Shown piece by piece: positions 52,487 through 64,000 of a stretch of 64,000 nt of DNA. Position numbers and translations under genes: made by a program. Numbering within the stretch: the first letter of the stretch is position 1; every line of letters starts with the position of its first letter. Under the pieces are notes generated by a model that was not told the origin of the DNA, ran no database searches, and saw nothing but the letters and a program-made list of their open reading frames with translations. The stretch lies in assembly GCF_009914755.1 (NCBI RefSeq), contig NC_060934.1. One strand, 5' to 3'. This DNA comes from the human T2T-CHM13v2.0 reference genome, Homo sapiens.

Positions 52487-52827
52487 TGTCTTAGTCTGTT
52501 TTGTGCTGCTGTAACAGAATACCTGAGACTGGTCATTTATAATGAACAGAAGTGTATTGGCTCACACAGTTCTGGAAGTTGGAAAGTCTCATTTTAAGGT
52601 GCTGGTATCTGGCAGGGGTCTTCTTGCTGTCACCCCATGGCAGAAGGTCAGAAGGTGAGAGAGAATGAGAGGGGGTTGAACTCACCCTTTTATAACAGTA
52701 CCAACTTCAGATGAGGGTGGAGCCCTCCTGGCCTCATCACTTCTCAAAGGTATCACTTCTTAATATTGTTACTGGCAATTAAATTTCAACTTGAGTTTTG
52801 AAGGGGACAAACATTTAAACCACAGCA
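52487..52827 (-). mobile_element. MSTB/MSTD-like MaLR solo LTR
   Basis: tgtcttagtctgttttgtgctgctgtaacagaatacctgagactgg...ggggacaaacatttaaaccacagca. Confidence 0.85.
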
Positions 52828-53004
52828 GAGGTCACCTGCGAGTTCTAAGAGGCATATGAGCAAAGGGGCGATGATGTCCTATGGAGTCTACTCATTTCAG
52901 CCAGACTGAGAGGAGGAGAAGGCTGAAGGTTAGGATCTGAGTGCTGGATTGAATGCATGCTTTCCAAAAGTGCCATGGCAGCTTGATGTAATTGTTTTAA
53001 AATT

Positions 53005-53540
53005 TTTCATTTGTAACAAACTTTTAAATTTTAGAATAGTTTTAGATTTACAGAAGGGTGGTAAAGATATAGAGCTTCAGCGTACTTCACAGCCAGCTTC
53101 CCCTCTTATAAAAATCGTACAGCTCTATGCCTTTGTCACAACTAATGCACTGATAGGGATGCATTCTTATTAATTAAAGTCCCCATTTTATTCCTCTCTC
53201 CCTGGTGTTTACCTAATGGCCCTTTTTTGTCCCAGGATCCCACCCAGGATCCTGCATTTTACTTGGTCATACTGTCTCCTTAGTCTCCTCCTGACTGTGA
53301 CAGTTTTTCAGACTCTCCATGCTTTTTATGACCTTGCTTGTTTGAGGAGTGCTCGCCAGATATTTTCCAAGATTTCTATCGATTGACATTGGTCTGATGT
53401 TTTCCTCATAATTAGACTGGGGTTATAAGTTTTGGGGAGGAAGCCCACAGAGGTAAAGTTTCATTCTTATCACACCCTATCAAGGCTTATGCTCCACCTT
53501 CTTGGTGAGGGGCAGGTGTGATGTAACTTTATGTGTTGCA
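53005..53540 (-). mobile_element. L1MC-type 3' UTR fragment
   Basis: ttttagaatagttttagatttacagaa...cccaggatcccacccaggat...gtctccttagtctcc...gtgacagttt. Confidence 0.8.
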
Positions 53541-53576
53541 TTTTTAGATTTGAGTTGGTTGGTCCTTGAACAGGTC

Positions 53577-53895
53577 TGTGTGTGTGTGTGTGTAGTTAGT
53601 GTGAATTGCATGCATATATGTGTTTTATATGTTTGTGTTTTAAGTGTGTGTTGTGTATATGTTTGCATGTGTGTATGTGCATGTTTGTGTGTCTGTTGTG
53701 TGTTGTATGTATGCATGTGCTGTGTGTTGTGTGTATTGCATGCATGTTGTGTGCATGTGTGTTGTGTGTCTCTGTTGCATAGTGTATAGGTATGTTGTAT
53801 GTGTTTATGCATGTGTTGTAAGTATGCATTTTGTGTGTTGTGTGTATGTTGTATTTGTGTGTTGTATGTTGTGTGAATGTGTAGTGTGTGTATGT

Positions 53896-53931
<36 letters not shown>
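53577..53931. repeat. Compound TG-rich microsatellite
   Basis: About 350 bp of degenerate (TG)n/(TGTA)n, ending in a pure (TG)n run. Confidence 0.93.
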
Positions 53932-53934
<3 letters not shown>

Positions 53935-55854
53935 CTCACTGGGAGAGAGTGAGGAAGGCGACACATTGGATTAACTCTCAGGGTTCCAGCTTCTATAAGA
54001 CCCATTAAGCTTAACATTTTTATGAAAAGGAAATTCATTGGAAGAGAAATCAGAAAATGGGAATTTGTTGCTCTGAGATCAAAAGACCAAGGGGATGAGA
54101 AGTAAACAGACCCAGTCTTGAGTCTCCAGTCCCTGCTTCCTCCCTGGACACCCTCTCCCCTCTCCCCCGTTTCCCTCCCCAACAGCTGTGCAGCTGGTCA
54201 CACTCTGGGGAGCTGCACCCTGCACTGGCTCCTCCCTGCCTCTGCATTTGGGGATCCCGTTGTGTCAGCTGGCTGGCTCTGGAATAGGGGCTCCAGTGTG
54301 GTTCTTGGGGGCCCATTTTCCTCTCTTGGTTTTCATTCCCACCCCTGAGCTCGCTGCATTCTGGACCTTGTGCCCCAGTACCACGGGGCCTAAGCACCAG
54401 ACGTGGACCTGCTGCTGGGCTCTGCACTCCTGTGCCCAGGCACACTCTCCTCCTCACCCTGCTGTGGCCACCTCATGCCCACCAGGCTCTAGCCCTCTAC
54501 CTCCCTGGACCATGAGGTCCCGACTGCTCAAGAGCCTGGCTTGCTCCGGTGCTCTGTGGTCCTGACTGCAGCCTGGGCTGCACCCCTGTGTTGCAGACGT
54601 CTATGCCTTGTGTGGAGCTGTGGACACAGACATGCAGAGGGCCCGTGTGCCCACTCTCACCACCCCCTCAGCCTTCATCATTTCCACAGTGGAAACTCCA
54701 TCTCCTCCAAATAGCATGTCTTGAAGTCATTAAGTAATAACGGCTCTCGCCTGTTGCATTTTGAGTGAGATGCTGCTTCCAAGCTGCCTTCCGGACAGGA
54801 CAGTGCCGACATAGGCTGTGTTCCTGGGTGATCCTTCATTGTGGGCCTCTGCACTCAGAGGGCAGCCAGCTGCCCAGGGTTAACTGGGAGGCCAGCCCTG
54901 TGACAGTGAGGCTTGGGCCCCTTGGAGGCAGGTCTCTGAGAGGAAGCATTGTGGGGGTTTCCCGAGAGCCCAGGCTGTCTATGTGGTGTTTTCCTTGGGC
55001 TTGGTGAAGGCATTTAGTAACATGTACCCTGCAATGCCTGGGCGGAGGAGCTTCCTGAAAACCTGAATAAAATGACCTATTTATCGTGAGCATTTGTTTG
55101 GCACCATGAGTAATGTCCCCTAAGCCACCGTGTGGCTCTCCCTGCGGCTGATGGATGTGCAGAACTGCTTGTCCTGCATGGCTGTGCCCATCAATCTACC
55201 TCGGCTCAGAGGAAGAGTGACTTCCAATATAGTGGAGAGGGGTCAAGTGGGAAGCTGCTGGTAACTTTCCCATTAAAATTGTTATAAATTTTTGCCCAGA
55301 GTATTTCAGGAATCCGCTTGGGAAACAACTTTGACTTGAGCTTCCATTTGTGTGTGTGTGTGTGTGTGTGTGCACGCACAAAGAACTACTTCTTCCCGAC
55401 CAAGTACAAAGCAAAACAGTTTTCATCAAACATCCCCGAGCCCTCATAGCTAAGAGGGTTTTGAATTTTGAACGAGGCATCTCATTCTACAAATGTCTTT
55501 CTGGATGACCTTCAGAGGAATTTATAGTGCCTCCAGCTCAGTCTCCATAATTCACATCCAAGTCTTGTTGACACGGTGTCACTCTCCTTTGCAACCAGCC
55601 CTTTTCCTTGCTGGAGCTCCACGTCATCCTGGCAGGGCCAACGTCTGCAACCAGAGGAGGTGGGACCACAGCTTCCAAGCTGACCACATCAAAAGCATTG
55701 GCTGGCTTAGAAATAAAAATTCTAGCAGGCTTGTTAAGAATCAGTTCTTTGTGGCTGTGTTTCCTATTATTTATAGTATTTTCTCCATATGTGGGGTGCG
55801 TCATGTACACCTGGTGCTGGCATGTTTGAGATTTGTGGTAGGAAAGAAGCCTCC

Positions 55855-55976
55855 CAGGAGAATGGCGTGAACCCCCGGGGGCGGAGCCTGCAGTGAGCCG
55901 AGATCGCGCCACTGCACTCCAGCCTGGTCGATAGCGAGACTCCGTCTCAAAAAAAAAAAAAGAAAAAAAAGAAAAG
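55855..55976 (+). mobile_element. 5'-truncated young AluY (AluYe-like)
   Basis: aatggcgtgaacccccgggggcggagcctgcagtgagccgagatcgcgcc...agcgagactccgtctc plus poly-A. CpGs are retained. Degenerate TSD gaagcc(t/a)cc. Confidence 0.9.
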
Positions 55977-56689
55977 AAACGAAGCCACCAACCAACCCAG
56001 CCACCTGGAGGCCAGGGGTGGGTAATGGCTTGGGCGCCTGGAGGCAGGTCTCTGAGAGGAAGCACTGGGGCAGTTGTCCAAGAGCGCAGGCTGTCTACAG
56101 GGTGCTTTCCGTGGGCTTGTTGAAGGCACTTAGCAACACAGAAATAAGGTCAGTTAACAAACCTTGTTTTTGATGCTGCCTTCATGATAAATGATTCTCA
56201 TTCTTCTAGCTTATCCTGTTTTGTATTTGTGTTTTATTTGTCTTGTAGCCTAAACACTATTTGAAAAACCCCCAAATCTGTGACCCCTCCCTACCAGCTC
56301 CACTAGAGAGTTCCATGGCCGTCACACAGGTCGGTACCCGTGCAGGGGCTCTGGGGTGGGTACAGTGTCTCTGCTCCTTCCAGGTTACTTCCAGAAACAG
56401 GCGCTTCCTCGTGAACAGCTGGAACTGTTCTCCAGTGCTGCAGGAAAATGGCTCGCAGTATTTTATGGTTATTAACCTCCTGTTATTAAGTTCTCAATAC
56501 GGTGGTGCAGCCCGGGCTGTGATTTCTTACTTGTGAATATTAAGTGTTGTTCTTATTGAGAACATAACTTTCCTTTTATGAACAGGATGAAGTCTCACGT
56601 CTTGAGCAGCTGGGGTGAGAGTGGCATTCGGGGGCCTCTGCATGACGGCATGACTGGTGACATATGGAGGGGTGGGGGCCTCTAGGAGG

Positions 56690-57050
56690 CCGGCCATCCA
56701 CAGGGCTGCCGGGGCTCCCTTGAGGTGGATGCGGTGAGGCGCGAACGGAGCGGGTAGAAATGAGACGGCGCAATGGCGGAAAGCAAAGCAGAAATGGCGT
56801 GAGAGCCACATGTGCGGGGCCGGGGAAGTGGAGGCTGGCTGCTCCTCACGGGCACTCGGGTGAGGCTCTCTCCACCTCGCGCAGGGGCTACCCGCTCGCC
56901 GTGCTGAGCCCTTCCAGCTCTGCCACGCGCAGGAAGCCGGTGCGGTGACGGCAGCGCACGCTCCCAGGCACCTGCCTTTGCCCACGCCGGGGAGGCGCTT
57001 CCTGTGAGTCAGGACTCGGGGATCGTGTGGGGGTGAACTGCCTGCGAATG
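56690..57050. promoter_or_regulatory. Small CpG island, candidate enhancer or promoter
   Basis: About 33 CpGs counted in about 360 bp of non-repeat sequence. ETS cores, AP-1 tgagtca at 57005-57011, and YY1-like aatggcg. Confidence 0.6.
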
Positions 57051-57149
57051 CTCCTGGGCAGGAGAGCCACTCCCAGTCCTCACCCAAAGGTGACTTCTGG
57101 GAAGCATGTTTTTCTGTTTAGACAACGTAAAAGCTATTCCCGTTAGCAT

Positions 57150-57150
<1 letters not shown>

Positions 57151-57183
<33 letters not shown>

Positions 57184-57464
57184 AGACGGAGCCTCACTCT
57201 ATCACCCAGGCTGGCGTGCAGTGGCATGATCTCGTCTTACTGCAACCTCCACCTCCTGGGTTCAAGCGATTCTCCTGCCTCACCTCTCGAGTAGCTGGGA
57301 TTCCAGGCACGCACCACGATGCCCGGCTAATTTTTTGTATTTTTAGTAGAGATGGGGTTTCACCATGATGGCCAAGCTGGTTTTGAACTCCTGACCTCAA
57401 GTGATCTGCCTGTCTCTGCCTCCCAAAGTGCTGAGATTACAGGCATGAGCCACCGCGCCCAGCC
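57151..57464 (-). mobile_element. AluS SINE with TSD
   Basis: T30 tail. TSD cc(c/t)gttagcatt. Confidence 0.96.
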
Positions 57465-57634
57465 CCTGTTAGCATTTCTTTGTTGGTTAACAGAAGGACT
57501 TCTTGCATTTCTTAGTTGCTAAGCTGTAAATCTTAGAATTCCCACACAAAACCTGAGACTTCTCCATTGCTCTGTGAACACAGGCAGCAAAAGCTTCAGG
57601 GGAAATTGGACAAGGTGTGAATCCTATGAGGTGG

Positions 57635-57751
57635 GAGGCAGCGCAGGGGCCAGTGCAACACAGAACACACACGGCCCGTCCCCGAGGACGAGGAAAGAGG
57701 TAGCGTAGGGCCAGTGCAACACAGAACACGCACGGCCCGTCCCCGAGGATG
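57635..57751. repeat. About 61-bp tandem duplication
   Basis: gggccagtgcaacacagaacac(a/g)cacggcccgtccccgagga occurs twice. Confidence 0.9.
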
Positions 57752-58013
57752 GCCAGGAGCACGGTCTGCCCCGGGCTGCAGGTTCTTCCTCCGGGATGAG
57801 TCTGGGAAACCACTGTCATGGAGCCTGGGATGGTTTGCTCGGCTGTGGGATCCCAAACACGTTGGGATGCGTTGTAATCTTACTCTGACCTGGATGAATA
57901 CGTCAAAGAGAGAGAAAGACTCTGCTGTTCCCTGGTCATTCTAATGAGTGTTCTTCAAAATTGAATAACCCAATCAAAGAGATATCACTGTAGAAACGGA
58001 TTGATGGAGTGAT

Positions 58014-58150
58014 CCATGTATTCATTCATCCACCAAGTGTTCAGAGTGTCTCCTACATGTCAGACGCTCTGCTCACACAAGGATGATGAGATGAGCGAGA
58101 CAAGCGTGGTCCCTGCCAGAATCAAACCTCACCTGGCTGGGGAAGACAAG
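58014..58150 (-). mobile_element. L2 LINE 3' fragment
   Basis: ttcattcatccaccaagtgttcagagtgtctcctacatgtcagac...gtggtccctgcc. Confidence 0.65.
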
Positions 58151-59024
58151 CTCATCTGATACTCATGTGGGTCATAATTTAATTAGAGTAGGTTTGACAG
58201 AGGAAAATGCCGTGAAGATCTAAGGGGGAACTGGGGACATCTTTCTGAGTTATTTAAACATGGAAAACCCAACAGCTGGTGCCCATCTCTGGAGGAGCAG
58301 GTTGGGCAGGCCCCAAACACCTGAGAGCAGGCTGGGTCCAGGATGCTGAGGACAGCTTTGACCTGCTCCTTGTGCACAGTGGCTGGGAGGAATGTGCTGC
58401 CAGGATCCGAGTTGGGATGGGCGATGGTTTTTCCCTGGACATTGTCGCTGGAACGTTGCATCTTGCATGCTTGCAAACACTTTGCGTAGGGATCTCCCAA
58501 GTGAGTGGCCCATCAAGTTTTGCTGAGTTTTCAATCAAACTAATTAGCAGAGGCGGCTCTTCTAGATAATGCACATCATCACCCCATGGACATTGAACAT
58601 GTGTCCCTGGAGGGTACGAAGTGCTTAGGAAATAACATCAAGTCCAAGCTGTTCTCCCAAAATAAATACAGACTGATTGCCACCTGCTTCAAAATCACAG
58701 TTGATAAAGCCCAAGTCAAGAAGGCATTTATTTCCATACTGATTTCTTTTGGAGAATAATTTAGGAAGGTTCTCCTCCTATAACCCTTTACGAAAATGAG
58801 ATTCTGGATTTGTTAGACGATGTAATAGGAAAGTGTTGCTGGTCCCAACAGCCCAGATGCCAGTGAATGAACAGTAGGAAGGTTCTGGGGCTGAGGGCTG
58901 GGGATCTCGCTCACTGGATGGAGAGGCCCAAGGTTGGTGGATGAGAAGGTGGCGCTCGGGCTCTAAGCTCCTCTCCCAAAGTGACTGGGAAGCCCACTGC
59001 TCTTCCTGAGAAGAAACACTTTAA

Positions 59025-59333
<309 letters not shown>

Positions 59334-60610
59334 TAAATCATACTTCTAATCAACATAGGAACCGTATTTTTACTTTAGACAATAGCGTGGCCCCAGGGTC
59401 TTTTTAAAAGCTGGAAACGATATTGAGATCATTGCCTGCAATTCTCTCCTTTTCACACCAGAGTGAACTGAGCAATTAGGAGAGTAAAGCTTGCGAGTGG
59501 TTGAGAAGCTGCAATTCAGGCCCAGCCAGCTTTTCTCTCCGGCTGTGCTCAAATGTTTTGTCACTTCCTTCAAAAAAACCCTTTCTTTTTTTTCTTTTTA
59601 AGTGAGGCTTAATCTAAATTTTATGCAAGGAAAAGCAGAGTGGCTTGAGGCCCGGATCTGGGGTGCCTCTAAGGAAGTCCCCACGCCAGGCCAGGCTTCC
59701 CCATGTCAAGGTCCCTGCAGTGCCTGAAGCTGTTTGTCACTGCCTGGGTCTGAACAGGCACCAGGAGCACAGGTGTGTGTCAGGCCTCAGTGGCTGTCTT
59801 ATTAGCTGACCTAGAGAGAGAGAGGTTTCCAGAATGCTGCTACCTCGGAGAGGCACCGAGAGGCGTGAGTGGATGGAAATGTCTGTGTTTGTCATTGTCA
59901 CCTGGAGAAGGCTGTGTCCAGACACAGAGGTGGTGGTGCAGGCCCTGGGACACGCAGCTGGTCCTGGCTGCACCCCCAGCAGGCCACCTGCTCCATGTCT
60001 TCGGTGACACACCTGTGAGGGCTCAGTCCAGGCAGGAGGACCCCTTGTTCACAGGTGTCTCCACTTCACCTCCAGGGGCCTGCACCTGTGCCTAATTTGA
60101 ATGAGTTTCCATGGTGGGCAGGGGACCCCTATGTTTGTGTAATAGGACCTTTCTCTGAATTTCTTACGTTAAAAAAGCTCTTAAAAAGACAAATCTCTCC
60201 ACGAGACTCCATCAGTGGTAGAGGGACCAGAAACCTAATAGCTATTAACCCTTGCTTTAAAATACTCTGCAGTGGACACAGAGGAAGCAGACCTCCTGTG
60301 AGAATTCATTTATAAACAGCTTCTGAAAATACGGTTCTTTTTGCTTCCTTAATAGCATGGTGCCTCTGCAGGGCTCGGCTGCTTTTGTGGGAGCTGAAGT
60401 AGGTGTGCTGTGTGGTGTGGCACAGCTGTGGGGTCTCCCAAGCTTCCCTGCGGAGGCAGACTGTTACCTCTATAAATGACATGCTCTTCTCGGGTAAATA
60501 TGTGGTAGAAAAATGAGGTAGATTTTCAACTCTGTTGTGTGCTCCTTGGGCCATTCCAGTTCAGTAATATATTTTAAGTGTGAACATTGGTTATACAAGT
60601 TGGAGTTATC

Positions 60611-61033
60611 TCGTCACACCCAACTAAATCAGAGTTCAGAGACTGGGGGATAAAAGGTGCTCTGGGCACAAGCTGTTGTCCAGGGAGGACGTTGTAAGGC
60701 AGCTGCCAAAATGACCTGCTCCCACCGGAAGAACAGTATCACCCAGGAGCTGCTGAGATAAATTGGCCTGGCTCTAAGGCCAGTTCTACCTGTTGCCATC
60801 ACTCACCAATCAGAGCTTTCCAGCTCCCCCAAACCTTGCTAGTGCCAATGAGTTTTCTTTCTAAACAATAGGTAATATTTCCCTTTAAATAAAGCCTCCA
60901 ACCTTCTCTTTGTTCTTTGGACATACTGAAGTTCACCCTGGTCTGTGTGTAGGACCTGGATAGCACTTCTATTTTCTGAAATAAAACACCTTGTTTAGAG
61001 ATCCATCTCTATCATTTCATTTGGTTTTGACTT
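60611..61033 (+). mobile_element. ERV1 LTR, MER67-like, possibly followed by internal sequence
   Basis: cactcaccaatcagagctt...ctagtgccaatga...aaccttctctttgttctttggacatactgaag...aataaaac...ttttgac. Confidence 0.7.
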
Positions 61034-61550
61034 GGACGGTGAGCCGAAATGGTACCTGTGAGTAGACTTACACACCACCGTGAGCAGGGAGTCAAAATGC
61101 ACACCTGGCTCCGGGGTCCAGAAATGCTCCTCACTTCTTATTTCAAGTGAACAAACTTCACAGGAGTGTGGCTGTCAACTGCTGATCCGTGAGCCCAACT
61201 GACTGGACTCATTGGGACTGGGGTGTCAGATGAGCTGCTGGCAGAGCTGCTTGTAAAAGCCTCTAAGACGGGGTGAGTGTTGAAGTTGCCCGTCCATCAT
61301 CCATCCATCGAACTTTCATCAAGTGCTTTTATGCCCACAGTTTGTGCCTCGTGAGTGCAAGACGCTACGGAATTAGACGCAGGGGTGATAACGAGTTAGT
61401 AATCAGTTAATTCTCCTAAAAATTCTACTTGCACTTGAAGGTAGAAATCATGACCTCTTTCTCCTTTTAGGACTAAAATCACACACTTTAAGCATATGAC
61501 CTGACCACCTACTCTCCGTCCCTTTACTCATGGTGGGTTCCCTGCAGATG

Positions 61551-62773
61551 CACTAGTGTTTCTTCCTGGTGTCCTGGGAGTCTCACTAGCATTTCCTCCT
61601 GGTGTCCTGGGATTCTCACTAGCATTTCTTCCTGGTGTCCTGGGATTCTCACTAGTGTTTCTTCCTGTTGTCCTGGGATTCTCACTAGCATTTCTTCCTG
61701 GTGTCCTGGGATTCTCACTAGCATTTCTTCCTGGTGTCCTGGGATTCTCACTAGCATTTCTTCCTGGTCTCCTGGGATTCTCACTAGTGTTTCTTCCTGG
61801 TGTCCTGGGATTCTCACTAGTGTTTCTTCCTGGTGTCCTGGGATTCTCACTAGCATTTCTTCCTGGTGTCCTGGGATTCTCACTAATGTTTCTTCCTGGT
61901 GTCCTGGGATTCTCACTAGTGTTTCTTCCTGGTGTCCTGGGATTCTCACTAGTGTTTCTTCCTGGTGTCCTGGGATTCTCACTAATGTTTCTTCCTGGTG
62001 TCCTGGGATTCTCACTAGTGTTTCTTCCTGGTCTCCTGGGATTCTCACTAGTGTTTCTTCCTGGTGTCCTGGGATTCTCACTAGCATTTCTTCCTGGTGT
62101 CCTGGGATTCTCACTAGCGTTTCTTCCTGGTGTCCTGGGATTCTCACTAGTGTTTCTTCCTGGTCTCCTGGGATTCTCACTAGTGTTTCTTCCTGGTCTC
62201 CTGGGATTCCCACTAGTGTTTCTTCCTGGTCTCCTGGGATTCTCACTAGTGTTTCTTCCTGGTCTCCTGGGATTCTCACTAGTGTTTCTTCCTGGTCTCC
62301 TGGGATTCTCACTAGTGTTTCTTCCTGGTCTCCTGGGATTCTCACTAGTGTTTCTTCCTGTTGTCCTGGGATTCTCACTAGTGTTTCTTCCTGTTGTCCT
62401 GGGATTCTCACTAGTGTTTCTTCCTGGTCTCCTGGGATTCTCACTAGTGTTTCTTCCTGGTCTCCTGGGATTCTCACTAGTGTTTCTTCCTGGTCTCCTG
62501 GGATTCTCACTAGTGTTTCTTCCTGTTGTCCTGGGATTCTCACTAGTGTTTCTTCCTGGTCTCCTGGGATTCCCACTAGTGTTTCTTCCTGTTGTCCTGG
62601 GATTCTCACTAGTGTTTCTTCCTGGTCTCCTGGGATTCCCACTAGTGTTTCTTCCTGGTGTCCTGGGATTCTCACTAGTGTTTCTTCCTGGTCTCCTGGG
62701 ATTCTCACTAGTGTTTCTTCCTGTTGTCCTGGGATTCTCACTAGTGTTTCTTCCTGGTGTCCTGGAATTCTCA
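61551..62773. repeat. 33-bp VNTR, 37 copies
   Basis: (ctcactagtgtttcttcctggtgtcctgggatt)n with a few recurring single-site variants. Confidence 0.98.
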
Positions 62774-64000
62774 GGGCAGACACTGGCCAAAACTTGTTTC
62801 TGGACCTTTCATCACACTCCAGGGCTGTCGCTGATGGAGCTGGCAAAAACCTACCCTCCCTAAACATCAGTTCTCGTTATTGTGTTTTGCATGTTCAGCT
62901 TATTCCCATCCTAGACACGTGCTGTTTCTCTCTTGCTGCTTAATTTTGGAGGAGGCTATGTGAAGACTTCCAAGAGGATTTTAAATCTTAGCTCTTCCTG
63001 TTCTCATCCTGCAAGTCACAGGGTGTTAAATATCAGGGCTGTAAGTTTCGGAGGCTAATCCCACAAAGACTGACCTCCTTCAGTAAGGACTCAGTTGGCT
63101 GAGGCAGCACTCACCCATCCTCATGCCACTGGCTCCGCTCCTTCTTTCTCAGCTCAGAGAACGCTGGGTCTTCTTTCCAGCCCTGTCCCTGGTGCACAGC
63201 CTGAGCTGTGTGCTGTCACTATGCCATGTCACTGCCAGGCTGAAGATCAGCTTCCTTCTTCGGCTCTGCAGCCTCCTACCTTCATGGACAGGGGACAGCT
63301 CTCACGTTGCTCTGGTTTGTATTTTCCCTTTGGCTTTCTCATTGTTAGATTTGAGGGACGTAGCTTATGCTGGTTTTCACAGAAAATGTGAAACTGATGA
63401 GGGCCCATGAAGTCAGCTTAAGGAAAATCTTCAGTTCCTGAGCATTGAATTTTCCTTGACTGAAGGGAGCTATATTTGAACCTACAAGGACCTCAGGTGC
63501 CTGGGACCTGCAGGCTTGCGGGATCCCTTGAACTCAGGACCATGGTCCCTGGAATCCAAGCCCCACGTGGGTTCCCTTGAGCCCAGGCATCTGGTGTGCC
63601 TTCAAGGCCTCTGCCTTCTGTCTCAGGGCAGACACACAGGAGTGCTTGAGCTGTTTAAACTCCAAACTACAGAGACGGGCACTTGCATGTTTATTTCAAG
63701 TGGACAAACTCCAGAGTCTGAATGCCCACAACATGGTTTCACATCCAGATGATCTTCTTACCCCTCAAATTGGAGCCTGTGTGTTCTTCTGGAATCTTGT
63801 GATCCAAGTCACAATGGAAGAGCCTGACATTGTTCCGGTGGCATCTTCAGCATTGCCATGTTTTGGTTATGGGGCCTGAAATAACAGCTTCTGTGCACTG
63901 TTTTATTCTTCCACTAGGAAGACAGGTGACGTGATGCCAGTAAGAAATAGATCTAGTTTTACCTTTGAGGTTTTGTGCTCCCTCTTCTTATTAGCTCAGT

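Noticed and set aside
53480-53964. Cys/Val-rich and His/Thr-rich ORFs
   Set aside because: They are translations of the TG-rich microsatellite.
61524-62867. ORFs of 420-447 aa as protein-coding genes
   Set aside because: A 33-bp unit without stops in three frames produces them automatically. There is no domain, promoter or splice support.

Overview
This is primate genomic DNA, very likely human, judging by its AluS/AluY, L1PA, THE1, MST, MLT2A and MER50 repeats. I found no recognisable protein-coding gene, RNA gene or pseudogene. Every long ORF in the track comes from an Alu, L1, low-complexity or tandem repeat. The window has a GC-richer, repeat-poor left part (1-9.7 kb), an AT-rich block of nested L1, LTR, Alu and DNA elements (about 9.7-33 kb), and a GC-richer right part with enhancer-like unique sequence, a small CpG island and many minisatellites, which resembles a subtelomeric region. 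The most unusual locus is at 7.7-9.0 kb. A MER50-type solo LTR has had its 5' junction copied as a 168-bp inverted duplication (164/168 identical, 145-bp spacer), and its YY1-site segment is amplified into 11 perfect 31-bp copies. A full-length MLT2A2 solo LTR (12.7-13.25 kb) keeps a DUX4-type site and a splice donor, has lost its poly(A) signal, and is followed by two strong candidate non-coding exons. Repeat subfamily names are recalled from consensus sequences and were not verified by alignment. Boundaries of old elements are approximate.
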